From the NCBI RefSeq assembly GCF_009914755.1, contig NC_060930.1: 64,000 bases of DNA, one strand, 5' to 3'. This DNA comes from the human T2T-CHM13v2.0 reference genome, Homo sapiens. Under the pieces are notes generated by a model, which did not search any database, had not been told where the DNA came from, and saw only the letters and a list, made by a program, of their open reading frames with translations. A program made the position numbers and the translations under genes. This document shows, piece after piece, positions 30,111 through 43,930 of the stretch. Numbering within the stretch: position 1 is the first letter of the stretch; each line of letters begins with the position of its first letter.

Positions 30111-31972
30111 AGTTTGGGAGCCAAGAGAAGAGCTGGAAGAGACAGAGCATTATCCCTGAGGCCAGTAAGGCACTGGCAGAGCTGCCATGGGTCTGGCCCC
30201 AGAGGAGGAAAGCAGGGGTTGAGCCAAAAAAGGGAGATCCTGGCTGGGCCTGCCCGCATCTGAGGCAGGTTTCACTCCTCAGGTTCGGGAAAGCACCTTC
30301 AGGAACACCACTGTTTCAGAATGACAGTCCTGAGATATTTAAACAATGACTGGGTGAGTAAGCCCCACTGAAGAGAGTAATAAAACCAATTTCTTACAAA
30401 TATTCTAGAAGCAAACATAAATAAATTCGTAATCCTTCCTGACACACTCCATTTGGGGAGTTAGGCTTCCTATTCACCTACAATGCAGGTGAGTAAACAC
30501 AAGTTTTTCAAAAGAAACAGAAACATGCTTATGTTGAAAGATCCCAGAGAGCGATCATCCGTGATTGTAAAACACTTCTCTTCCATTAACCAACTTCTCT
30601 TCCATTTATTTGTCTGGATTTTACCAAGGAGACAAATAAAGATGGGAGCAGCAACATCCTTGTAGACGAAATCACTAATAAAAAAGGATATAGTTCCCAG
30701 AGATCGTGACCTTTCTGTACCACTCTCTCAAACACTCCCTCCCACCCCCCAAATAAACCACATATAAACTGAGATTATGGTGGTGATTGCAGATGCAGTT
30801 TCAGGGTAAGAAGAGACTAAATCAGACACTGTATGTGGGAGAGACAAGCGCATACTGCCTGACACATAGTGGGTCCTCTTTAAATGTTTAAAGTAGAAAA
30901 AAGCAACAAAGGAAAGAATAGCTCATCTAATCTGTACTTGGAATTTCTCAAATTACTCATAAGAGCACTTAAAAAAATCCAGAAAGACAGAAAGTATGCA
31001 ACCCCTGTCAAAATAGTATTAAGTGCTGAAACACAGACAAAGATAGGTAATTAACTGCTACTAGCTTAGATGAAAATGTCTGCAATCTTGTTCAAGTGCT
31101 TGGGTAATATAAAGCATTTGGAGATAAACTTAGGAAGATGTGGGGGTTGCAAGTGAATAGAAAAAGTGTTTACAAAACTAGTACATAGTCAGCTTTTTAG
31201 AAACTAGTTCACACACATATAAACTTTTCAGTGAAGAGTTTAAAATAGGATCAAAGCTCTCCCAGAATGATGGAAAAATGCTTGACAAGGCTTCTTGAAG
31301 CTCCCTCGAGGATCTCTTTCTGCAGATATATCCTTTAAAATTGTGTGAAGTGACATTCTCCCAAATATGACTGGTGTGCCAGGTCTTTAAATCAAATCAT
31401 TCATATTATAATATGTGAACGCATTAAGTCTCCCTCTGACGAATTTGGACATCTTGACCCACTCCACTACAAAGAGTAGGATATCATCTTCCGAAAGTAC
31501 ATGATTGGATTTGCACAGAGAGGTAAAACACATGGGTTTAAGTAAGAGAAGACAGTGTAGAAGGCAGCTGGGGAGAAACCGGTAGAGGAAGACAATGTCC
31601 TTGTGTGTCTGGCAGTGTCATTTTGTGACTTTTTCTCTTTGACTTCCAACCACACTTTATATTTTCAACTGTGTAACCAATAACACATTAAACTTCAATA
31701 AGAGTTTGAAGCTAGAATTTTTGCTTTAAAATTTTTACATTAAATTCTATGTATAGACTTATGTGCATGTGCACAGAAAGAGAATTCTGAAGATGTGAAA
31801 GATGAATAATTTATTTTTAAGATTAAATTTAGGGGTAGTGAGGTTTGGGGTTAAATCTAAGCTAGAATCAATAGTCTTTCATCACCACGTGTGACCAAAG
31901 ATGACCCGCAGAAGTGATGTTACCTGACTCTGTTGAACTCTATGACATAATGTACTGACCAAGGTCATGACT

Positions 31973-32051
31973 CTGATTCCTATGGCTTGCCTTTTGGACA
32001 AACCACATCTGTTAATTGAGCACAACACAAAGCAAAGTATATTTATTTAGC
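31973..32051 (+). repeat. Copy 2 of the 79-bp dispersed direct duplication
   Basis: 72/79 identical, ungapped, to 29887-29965. Confidence 0.9.
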
Positions 32052-34049
32052 ACTCTCTCTCTTGCGTGCGTGTGCTCTGTGTATTCATCCTTGTTTTCCA
32101 GTGGTGTCTGTCCTCAAGGACCAAAGTTGATTATTCTATACGATTCTGAGGCACAGATTCTGTCACTGGCATATATGAAAGTTTTCTAAAATGAAATATA
32201 AAATCAGAAGTGTCTGAAATGGCTGTAACTACTCCATGACCCATAACTGATGGTCAACTCTTCCAAGACCTTGTTCTAAACCAGATGATCACACATACTT
32301 AAATAGATGACTGGTCTCAACACACACACAAAATAGAAAATTGAAAAATTAGTAGGTGAATTGTTTCAATGTGAATAATCAAATACATTAATACTTCTAG
32401 GTAAACTCTTTTTGATCTCTTTGTTGTTTCTTAAGCACTCAGATATTAGGATTAAGATTTACTAAAAGATAGGATAATGTTAAATTAACAATTGTCCTGT
32501 AAGGAAACTCTGGGAGTAAACTATAAGAAATAACTTCTAAAACTAACTTTACAAGTGGTTTGTGAATGACGATTAAAACTATTCATTTCAGATATTAGAG
32601 CCAATGACAGTGAAGAAATAAAAAATCTTGCAGTAGCCTCCAGGAGACGTAGGATAAGTCAAAGTGAACATATCATAGCTCGATCCTACTCTTTCATTTC
32701 TACTGCTACTTAAATAAAAAAGAAAAAAATTTTTCCCGAAAGGGTAGAATATGGCAGAAACAGTAAGTACCAAACCCAGCAAAAAGAGGAAGTTGGTTTC
32801 TTACATAGAAATGGGTAACTTGCTATATGCAATATTTAAAAAAAAGCCACTGCAAGAAGGTGCAGTAATAAAAATAAATTATTTTCCTTATTGCAAAGTA
32901 TCTGAGGGTAGGAAATTGACCCAAACTGCCAGAGAATGAGGAAGCACCCTTTTCACCCTGTCCTCAGAATGTTATTTCATAATTTATCCCTTCCTCAGAT
33001 GGCCTTTTTCCGCCACGTCCCTGCTCTCTGCTCTTCAGCTGTCCTCTCTCCAAACTCCTCAATTAAATTATCTCACGTTTTTCTCTGATCTGCTGTTCGC
33101 AGCTTGTCACATCACTATACCATAAGCCTTCCCACATGCTGCCGTAACAGTACACTTGGAGAGCCGTTCCGCGGCAGCCACTCGCTGGTATCCTGGATCC
33201 CGGGTGCACGAGGGTACCCTACAACAGTAGTTTCATTGTCTAGAAGGAGCAAGGCCAACCCACCTAGTCTTCTTCTAAGGAGCATATGGGTTCACATCCC
33301 TAAAAATTAGGAAATGTGCTATGATCAACCTGTTTAAGCAACAACCCATGTGCCAGATAGTCAATTAGAAAAAAAAATTGTGCTTGTCTTCTTCCTGTTG
33401 TATAAAAGAACAGGCAGTTTTCTCCTGAGCACCGTAATTGAAAAAATAAAGTTATCTGGTTATCACAAGTGCACAGCTTTTCATCTTGTTTTTGTTTCTG
33501 CAAATAAATAATTTGGGTCTGTAAGACATCTTTCACAAAATGATGTTTCAAAAAATTTTTACAGAATACTCTATCTAGAATGGCATGAATTACCCAAAAC
33601 AGTAATACAAAGAACCTACATGCCAAATTAAAACATTAAATCAAAAGGCCAATAACAGAGGAAATAGAAAATCTTGTTGCAAAATGAGATGAGATTACAG
33701 AAAGACACACAGATGAAATCCTCTAGTTTGATGAGACAGAGGTACAGAGAGGCTCTTCCCAAACAGTCCAACTTTAAAGGAACACCTCATTGACTTAAAG
33801 GTGGCAATTTACAGGAGGCAGAGGAGCTAATGGCTGACAAATAGTGAAGCATCGTGCACTAGCCAGGAAGATTTTCCATTCAAGGAGTTTAAAAACATAG
33901 GAGACTTGGAGCCACATCCACCCAAGTGAGGAAAAATGTTATTTTTTTCTCTCCCGTACCCAAGTAGGACTTACTGATCTAATCAGAAACCAGGTGGTCA
34001 AAGCCTCAGATGCCCAGAGGGGAGGAAATGAACAGGTCCATCCTTTCAG

Positions 34050-34530
34050 CTGGGAAATATGACAATATTGTACCAAACACATTAAAAATATGCATGCCTT
34101 TCGATCTGGTAATTCCATTTCAAGGATATCTGAAAAGATAGATACACAGAAGATGCTATTTGCTGCACTTTTCATAATGCTCTGCCTTGTTTCCAACAGT
34201 GGAAAAACTAGACAACGGTGGAAAAATGTCCAGTAATAAGCCATGAAGCATTCATACATGGATTCTAGACAGATACTTGAAATGATGCTCTAGAGGAATA
34301 TTCAAGTGACATGGTAAAAATTGAAGAGATTACAACATTTAAAAGGATGTGACCAAAAAGTGGGAATGTAATGGTTAAGTGTCTGTTTTACACACACACA
34401 CACACGCATACACGCACACCTACAGTCAGGACTGTAAGACACATTCAGGAATGGTAAAATTATAAGTGTTTTGATTCTTTCCTTACTTGCCTTTTTTTGA
34501 AAACATCTTTTATAAAAACATGTTGTTTTT
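34050..34530 (+). mobile_element. L1ME-type 3' fragment
   Basis: ATATGCATGCCTTTCGATCTGGTAATTCCATTTCAAGGATATC...AAATGTCCAGTAATA. Confidence 0.55.
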
Positions 34531-34939
34531 TGATAAAGAGAAAAATCAGTAATAGGTTTTGAAAAAGGAACACAATCAGGTGGTGGTCTCGTGTACAGGG
34601 ACCTATGAAACACCAGGGCTGGAAGGGCCTTGTGGCTCCCTGAGCTGCTTCTCTCATTTGAGAGACGAAGAACCAAATGCTTCCAGAGTGGGAAGGTTCT
34701 GACCTCAGAAAAGCTAGGCAAGGCATCCCAGCAGGCAGAACAAGAGAGGGACACAGGCTGCTAAGGGTTGCCCCAGCAGGGCTGAGTAAGTAGGTGGAGT
34801 GGAAGTGATGCGGATGTATGATTTGAGAGTGTGAGTTCAACAGAGGTGTGAGTCCAAGGTGATGCTGGGCTTGGGAACAAGAACAAATAAGAACGTAAGA
34901 AAATTAGGACAACAGAGATATGATAAGGGGCAAGTAACC

Positions 34940-35140
34940 TACATTTTTTTCCAGCGCTTCTATGTAAAAGGCTCATGTTTACTCATGTAATGCTCAAAAG
35001 AACTCAGAAAATACCAGTACTCCCAACTCACTGTTAAGGACACTGAAGTTAAAATAACTAGCATTGGTCTCAGGGCTAGCAAGTAACAGAGCTATCATTT
35101 GCTCTCAGGATAAATTCCAAAGTCCATCTTCTTCCTACCG
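34940..35140 (-). mobile_element. MIR
   Basis: TACTCATGTAATGCTCA...GTTAAGGACACTGAAGTTAAAATAACT...GCTAGCAAGTAACAGAGC. Confidence 0.6.
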
Positions 35141-36194
35141 TGCTACACATTGTCTCCTCTGTTTGATCTCCTGAGAGAAATATCTCGATTCATACAGGTT
35201 ACTTATCAGCTGAGGCATCTGGAGTTTCTATTGCATCAAACATCTCAGTTGGTGAGTCAATAACATGGGGGATGCCCATTGTAAAATCCAGCATAAACGA
35301 AACATTCAAAAGGATATATTCATGGAACTGGAAAGGCCAGCTCCCCCTGTGCATGATGGAGAGAAGGGAAGAGTGGTATTACAAAAATCCAATTGCTGGA
35401 TATATAGGCAGATGAAAATCTTTTCATCCTGCTCTAAAGGTATCAAGAAATGTGGGGTCCTTTCCTTCTAAAACACAGCCTGCATCTTTCACTGGGTTCC
35501 AATTAGTCTGTCCTTGAACTGCCAGAAGTCCTTAGCATTAACAGTGAGCTGCTGCTATCCTGGCTATCATTTAGGGAGGAGCATAAGAGCAGGCACTGCA
35601 ATATCACCTCTCTTTGGTCTGGGAAATGGGCAGCAGACAGTCCAGATGCCATTAAATGGGAGGTCTTAATCACCTATTAGCTACTTGCAGAAACCAAGAC
35701 ATGATTACTCTCCTTCAAGCCCCCAGTACTTTTCTCACTGCAGGGTTAATGAAAACATTAGGTCTCCTCCTCTTCCCTTTCTTATTGTTCTGATCATCTC
35801 CGAGGGGTTTGATTAGCACCAGAGCCTTCTCTGTAGTTATCCCTGTCTACAGTGATAAGCAACCAAGCCCACCCCTGCAGCGTCTCTCATGCCCGTGCCA
35901 GTGTTTATAATCACATGCACTACTCTAGTTTGGACTTTTATTGGACAATTGCTGTACCCTCCCAACTGGTCTCCTTGTTTCAATTACCCTTCTACATCAT
36001 CAGCAAGACCAAATAATAATTATTTTACAATGGATAAACCCTCCTCAATGGAGCCTCAGAGTCTACTGAGTTAAAGGTAGTTTTAATTCTTCCATGCAGT
36101 TTTCAAAGTTGCTTGCAATATAGTCTCAATTTTACTTTCTAGTCTTATTCACATCTACTATCTAACACTTATCAATTACTACGGCCACTTCATT

Positions 36195-36641
36195 ACTTCA
36201 AATGTCCTGAGAAGCAGACACTAACATGGGATTCGATGTGCTAGAGATTTCTTGGGGTAGGGTGCAGGAGGAGGCAAGAAAAGCCTTCAGATCGAGATGC
36301 AGGTCTGGCCCCTGGGAAGGAGAGGAGGAAGGAAGGAGGATAGGCTGTGAAGTGTCTTGGAGTGCAGCATAGTTCCGAGAAGGGTTTAGCCATGTCAATG
36401 GGGAGTGCTTGAGCCCAAGCTTCTCAGTGGAGGACCCCTTGTGTTGCTGGAATGGGCATGCCTTACTTAGCACCCCCACCATGCATGGTCAATGGCTGGG
36501 AGTAGCCCTTGGGAAGCATAGCCTTGGTGCCAAAACAGTGGTGGGTTCAGAGGGGCAGCAGTTGGGATGTCAGTCAGTCAGTCAGTCAGCGGTGTTGCCT
36601 AAAGCAAGAGAGCTGAGCGGTGCATTTTCATGGCCACCACA
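36195..36641 (-). mobile_element. ERVL-class solo LTR (LTR33/LTR41-like)
   Basis: GAGAAGCAGACACTAACATGGGATTCGATGTGCTAGAGATTTCTTGGGG (reverse of an LTR 3' end); ends ...GGCCACCACA (TGT on the minus strand). Confidence 0.65.
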
Positions 36642-36997
36642 GTCACTGTATAATTCACCATTAAACTGGGACACTTTTAAGAGTAGAAGAGGGACCTATC
36701 AATAATTACACGAGGCAGACAGGTAGAACCAGGGTCCATCTAGGCAAACTAGAATTTATTGTCACTCTATGGCAACAGATGCATCAAAGGGCCTACTCAG
36801 TGTTGACTAGCATAGATCTTTCCACTTTTTGGCATTCTATCAGTTTGGAACAGTTTTATAACCCACACCATGGCTACAGAAATCCTATGCGTTTTAAAAC
36901 TGACAAATGTCATCTTCTGAATGTTGTCTTTTCCTCCTTGGAATCATTTCGTGTGTCCCTTTCCTGAAATACTGACCCTTTCCTGCTATATATTTTA

Positions 36998-37292
<295 letters not shown>

Positions 37293-38629
37293 TCTGCTAT
37301 ATATTTTAATTAATTTTATATTATCTGCTCCTGCCATAAGACAGTAAGATCTGTAAGGGTAGGAACTATGTGATTTTCAGTTTTTCTCTGGTTGACTACC
37401 ACATCTTGCAGACACAGTGGACACCAACAGAAGGCATACTCCTAAATCTGTAGTGTCCCAACTCCAACTTCCTTATGGCTTTTCAGTTTTAAACAAATAC
37501 TTGAGTCATCTTGTATTTCTTAAGTGCAAATTTTCCCTATGTCTTTATAGTTCAGACAGAGAATTCAACTATCAGCCAATCTTGGTGAATGAATTCTTTT
37601 ACGATTTGTTAATTACTTTGTCCTTTTTTCTGCTAAAAGCCTACATTGAATTACTTCAACTTTGCCTCAAAAGAGGACTAACAAATTGCTGAATATAATT
37701 TGCACTTTAAACAATAAAGCTATTAATGGCATTTTAGCAAGAACACCCATTATTTTCTCTGCAGCAATAAATCAGCATTTCATCTGTTATAAATTGCTTG
37801 GTCAGCTTCAAATGGCTTTAGAATAAATCTCTTTCTCCTTTCTGCCTCTGCTGTCCATGACAAAGAAAGGAGGCAGAAGGTAACCCTGTGTTCTGCATTC
37901 CCGGGCATATAATTTTCATGCTGCACGACTCTATAATTTATTTCTAGCGATAAGCATCTTGTAGTGCTACACTGGCTGCATGCTCACACATGTTCAAATG
38001 CACACAGAAAGACACAGGTAACTCTTCAGCAGTAATGCTGAAATAAAGAGGCTTCCAGGTGAAGGGCTCAGTGACTGTGTATGGTAAAATTTTGATGCCA
38101 ACTGCATATTTTAGTAATAGGGCAGCTGTAAATATAAACACAAATGTTCTAATAATCAGACTATTTTTCAGCCCCACCTCCAAAATATGGGTAAATTCCA
38201 CAGGATGATTAGATAAGGCACAGGGTTATCTTGTTAATATTAGGCTATTGTACATTCACATTTCTGAGAAATATACTTAATAAGTTTTACTTTTTAAAAA
38301 TCATTTTCATTGAAAGTCTTGAATGTAGCATAGCATCACAAAGTAGGTGCCTAATAAATATTTAAGTGAATGAGTTAACAGAAGAATGCCTTTCATTTAG
38401 TCTGCTTAATGCTTAAGTCACGTTATTTAGTGTTATTCATTCATCACAACTAAATACTAATATGTCATCTATATTTACTACAAGCTAGTCCCTCTTCTCT
38501 AGTTTATAATTTGCTGATACTTGGGGGTTATGTTTACTGTCAGTTATAGCGCTAACATTTCAAACATAAGGAGGACTTTGTGAATATTACTATGGATAAT
38601 GGTGATTAGCTGCTTTTGGCATCCTAGGC

Positions 38630-38780
38630 AGAGTGAGAGAAAACAGACTTAAGCTACAGCATGAGGGATTCAAGTTAGATAAGAAAGAAAGCGTTCTCGT
38701 ATCAAATCTAATTAAGCACCAGAGTAGATGAATGAAGGGAGCTATGAAACATTCTTTCTTGGAAGTTTTTAAAAATAAGA
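38630..38780 (+). mobile_element. L3/CR1 3' fragment
   Basis: CTTAAGCTACAGCATGAGGGATTCAAGTTAGATAAGAAAGAAAG...TTCTTGGAAGTTTTTAAAAATAAGA. Confidence 0.55.
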
Positions 38781-41354
38781 CGAAATCTCATCAGTACATA
38801 TATCATTAAGTATGCTCCTCCATGAAGATAAGGAGGAATTGGTTCTAATATTCTGTGAAAGGCAAGTATATTTATTAAGGTTATATCTAAAAATATAATT
38901 TTCAGAGTATGGCCATTTCATGTAAAGTACTGGTATCAATTCATAGTCAAGATCATGAATCACACGCCCAAGTGGTGACTTATAGTTCTTTCATTTACTA
39001 GGTGACTCTGGGCAAGTCACTGTATATCTAAGATCCAGATTCTTTTCCTAAATAAGAGTAATCCTGCTTCTAAATACTACTCCTCAAAATAAATTAAATC
39101 AGACCTTGTTGGGTAAGTTATATTCTGAATAAATAAGCAGTAGAAAATCTGATTCCTTCAATTTCAAGTCATTTCAATACTATATTCTCAGTTAATGTCC
39201 TGAAACAAATAATCTATATATAAATAAGAGTTTTTCTTTTTATCACACTAGTAACAATTAGAAAAGAAACACTAACAGATAAATTTTAGATTGTGGCAAT
39301 TAAGTGAATAGCAATCTGATAGCTATAGGATTTACCTTCAAAATCCAGGCACATTCATGTATTTATACCAATCTCTCTCCATGCTAATATTCTTACAGAG
39401 GAATTTTATTAAAACATGGCTGAATCTATCATTTCAGTATTCCCAGGCACAAGGCAGTGAGGAAATAAAACACTCCTTCTATGTTATGGAACCTAGAGAA
39501 AATAATTCTTTCCTAACCAGTGGGGTACATTTTCCTCCTTGAGGTTCGTAAGACAAATTTTGAAAAAATCATGGTGCAGACTATGTAATTTACGCTTAAA
39601 GTATTGTAACTGCTTTTGTGTTAGGATTCATATTATGAGAAAATTCACATATATTACCCTTTTACGGCTTGGTTATAGATCTATTTTGATTATGGTCATT
39701 GGAGCCTAAAACATCCACACCCTAAAAAGAACATATCATTCCAATCTCTATCTCTTTTAAAATAGGGACTTTGGGCTATAGCATGTTTTTCTCAATAGCC
39801 CAACTCCCTACTCAGAGATACTACTATAAAAGCTGTATTTTGGCTGGGAGTGAGGGAGGAAACAACCCTAGCTATTTGCAGAGTAGAATTGCAGGTTCCA
39901 TTGGCAAAAAAGTGCCAGAAGTAGAGGAAATGCAGGTTACAAAGCATACAGAGGAAGAGTGACAGATGAGATGAACAAAATTGATTCATGGAGAGAATCA
40001 GATCAGGACAAAGGGTAAAAAAGTCTCAAGAGCCCAATCACGTCAAAAAGATCAATTTTTAGGAGAAGTGTAGTCAATAGTGTCTTAAAACAAAATTAGA
40101 AGTGGAAGCAATTTTGAAGGTCATTTGAAGAGTAATCTACTCCTTTTATAGATGAGAAACTGAGACCTAGAAGGAGTAGGTGACTTTCTCAAGGCCACTC
40201 TATACTAGGAGGTGACAGACATGTGCTGCACAATTCAGAATAATGAGTGGTAGGTTCAGAACCCAAAAAGTTCATAATGAGCCAGGGTAGCCCCCTTCCT
40301 CTTTAAGGGACCCTCTCTCTAAGCGCCCCAGCCTTGCTCCCAAGGAGCACTGCACCTTCTGAATCTGGTGAGTGATGGGGAACAACAGGCCAGGAAGGGA
40401 GGAAGTATATCTGCCAATGCTCAAAACGTGTTCATTCTGATGGCCCTAGTTCTAGCCTGCCTTTTGAATAGCACTGCGTTAGTCAGTACTGGACAGGAAG
40501 CACAAGTGTTACTTTGGCAGGGTCCTGTCCGTAGAAAGAGACCCACTGAGAGCCTCTTGTGTACAGCCACAGACAATGGGATAACCCACATGCTGGCCCC
40601 TCCCAGTCAGCTACCAAGGCAGACTGCGGAAAAGGGGACAAACTGGCAGGAAGAACTTGAAGCAGGCTCAACCATAAGTCAGGTTGCACAGCAGACATGA
40701 GGAGAAGGGGCACTGCAAAGGGAGAGCTAGGGATCATAAATCCAATGCTATTTGAGGCGGAGTGTCTGCGATCTGTAATTTATATGGATATAATAAGCTC
40801 CATGCCTAAGACACCGCAGCCCCAAACAACCACCACCAAAACACAAAGCACACGTTTAAAGGGGTGAATTACCCAAAACATCAGGTTTCTCCACATGGCT
40901 AGACTAAGAAGGCTGCAAAATCTATCACTGTTATGGGCTGGAAAGCCAACCAGGAGAGCCTTCTTAGGACTTCTAAAGGGAAACATTCTGGATGAACCTC
41001 TTGGTCTTGTAAGAAGGGAGGCTAGTTATGTTTAACTATAAACACATGGCAGTAGGTGTCAGCGATATGTTCCATTCGAAGACTATATAATAAACATCAT
41101 TTTTGGAAAAGGAAACTAAACTAAGAATAGATAACCTGAGAATGCCATGCAAGGGCTAGAGCAACTTCCCATCCTTTTGCAAGCATTTAGCAATCAGGTT
41201 TCGCCTTTAGCTGAACTCCTTTCATTTCATGCAATATTTAATTTATACAGAGATGATTCATTTGCAATAGTAAATCATCACAACATTCTGTAAAAACAAC
41301 AACAATAACAAAAGACTAGAAATATAGGAGGCCTACAACAAGCACCTAATTTAA

Positions 41355-41600
41355 AACTGCAGCCTCTTCCTATCCCCAAATTGGCCCTCCTCTTTCCTGC
41401 TCTGTTTTTAAATTTTTTTCCTAGCAATTACCACCTTCTAACTTACTATAATTTGCTTGTTTATTGCTTATTTTCTGTTTTCCTCCAATAGAATAGAAGC
41501 TCTAAGAGGGCAGCAATTTGTGTCTGTTTTGTTCACAGACACATCCCATGCATTGAGAACAATGCCTGGCACAAGCAGGTGTGCAAAAATGCTGGCCGAC
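41355..41600 (+). mobile_element. L2 3' end
   Basis: TAGAATAGAAGCTCTAAGAGGGCAG...TGTCTGTTTTGTTCAC...AGAACAATGCCTGGCACA. Confidence 0.8.
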
Positions 41601-43509
41601 TAAAAAAAGTCATGGATGGGTTGTCAATATTGCATAAAGTCCTATTCTCAGATGACAATTGAGGTGGCCTCATCACTAACTACAAGAGATTTTTTTTCCC
41701 CAATGGAAATCACCAAAGTTTTAAAAAAGATTGGAATTCCAAGGTTAGTGAGGGAGTTCCGCTATCTGATGAAGCAGTGACTCACCTGAAAAGTTCCAGG
41801 GGACCTAATCCCAATGTGCATGGGGCCCAACCTCCTGACCAGCCTTGCATATCTGAAGGTGGGGAGGGAAACTGAGGTAGGTATCGAGTGGTGTAAAAAA
41901 AACGCTTCACAAGAGTTTTTCTTTATAGCCTTACAATTTTAATACTTTTGTATAGCACTTCCCAGGCATAAGCAACACTTCCACTGCATCTTACTCTACT
42001 TTCATAACAACCCCTGTAGGCAGTAAGAATTATATTCTGAATCTTGGAGAGTGTGCTACTTGCCCAGGGTGGTTGGCCAAAGTGGGACTGTTCCTATTTT
42101 GGTTTAAGAATGCAAGTTTTTGGGTTACAAATTCAGTCCTTTTTCTACATGGCATGGCCAAAAATAACATTCTCAAAGATGGGTTACTTAGCTGCCCCAC
42201 TCTCATGGTATACTTCAGGGGAGCATTGTACAAAAATGGGTGATTGTCTAGTTTTCATTGCCAATATGCTGGGAAATAAAGAAAATAATGAGAGAACACC
42301 AAAGTTTCTACTACCAAACAAGTAGGCATTTCAGGTGGTCTTTACTTAGGGCCTTGCATTTCTTAGGCTAAGTTGTGTTATATTGAGCTGAGGTGGAGGA
42401 CTATGAAAAAGAAAGGCAGCAGATTTCACAGGGACCATTCAAAGCCCTGCAGGAACAACAACAACAAAAATGCTATGAAACAACACGGAGTAACTCTTGC
42501 ATAAAAATGGAGAAAAGTAGGGTCTAAAATACATGCACCAAAACCCAAAAAAGACATGGAATACATGACCCAGGCGGCCCTGAAAATCTCATCCTCACAC
42601 AAAGAAGAACTGTGCAGCATCCAGAGAGAAGAAGGGATGGTAGCTGGGGAGATGAGACCTTTGGAGAATTAACTACCAAAGGGGATGAATCAGCTCACGT
42701 CTGACAACACCTACAGATTCTGTCAAACCTGCCGCACTCTTCAAGAGCTTCAAGGCTCACAAACAGGAAATTGCTGGGTATGACTTAACCTGACTCTCAA
42801 CCTCCTTAGAGAAGAGCTTGCCCCAAAAAGGTATGAACAAAGTGCAGAGCCAAAGGGCAAGAGGTGAAGAAGAATACGAGCTCACATTCCAGGTGTGGGG
42901 CATTTAGTGGAAGGAAACACTTTTCGAAACATATGAGTTATTTGGGATTTAGCATTGGGCTCAATGCCAATCAACATATTCACTTGGTAGACCAACACTT
43001 CACAGAAATGAGAAAAGAGAAAACAATTACAAAGGAACTCTAAGGGCACAAAAATTTGTGAAGAAGTGAGATTGGGTTGTTAATTTATTCATTCACTCAT
43101 GATATTCTGCATCAGATTATTTTCAGAAGCAAAAAACTTTGAATTGACCTAAACAGTAAGTAAATTTATTATTTTACACGACAGAGTTGCCTGGAAGTAA
43201 AGCCAACCCAGGACTGGTTTAGCCCACAGCTCACTGATATCCTCGAGGGCCTGGGTTCTTTCCATCTTTCGGTCCTATTTTGTAGGTTCCAGGGAAACCC
43301 ATACCGCTGTGCATGAGCCAAGCTGATGACCAGATCTTGTATATCTAACAACAAATTCACCCACTGGATCAGGAACTGGGGCTGGGACCAGCTGCCCGAG
43401 CAGATGGCCGCTTAGAGGAGAGGAAATACTCCAACCAAATCAGGGTTGCACCAGCTAGAAAGGGGCTAATGGCCATTGAGTGAGCCCCTGGAGATATCCA
43501 CGATGGTCA

Positions 43510-43930
43510 TTTGAAAGGTATTCATTGAGCACCTACTATATGTCCACTCCTGTACTGATCACTAGAAACACAGAGACCAGGAACTGCCTGCACATAGACA
43601 ATAATGAGGAAGGCAGACATTAATGAAATAATTATACAAATAAAGATAAAATTGCAACTGTATTAAGTGCGATGTTGGAAAGGTATGTGGTGTCATGAGA
43701 GCGTTAACTGAGGGGGAGGTGATGCCTCTCTGATGAAGGGATATGGAGCTGCTGGGGAAGGGGCATGGAGAAACATTTCAGACAAAGGGAGCACAAGCAG
43801 TGGCCAAGTAGAAGGATGGGGTATGGCACATTCAAAAACTGTCCCCAGATGGAAGACAGTGAGGGTGAGCTTGGAGTAAGACGGAGCTAAAGAGGTAGGC
43901 AGGAGCCAGTCCATATGAGTTGTATACAAC
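43510..43930 (-). mobile_element. L2 fragment
   Basis: TTCATTGAGCACCTACTATATG...ACATTTCAGACAAAGGGAGCACAAGC. Confidence 0.7.

Noticed and set aside
30350-30495. Plus-strand donor-like TGG|GTGAGT and CAG|GTGAGT
   Set aside because: No convincing paired acceptor or reading frame; such 9-mers are expected by chance in 64 kb.
33150-33215. Small CpG clusters (also ~63265-63325)
   Set aside because: Far too short for CpG islands, with no associated splice or promoter signals.
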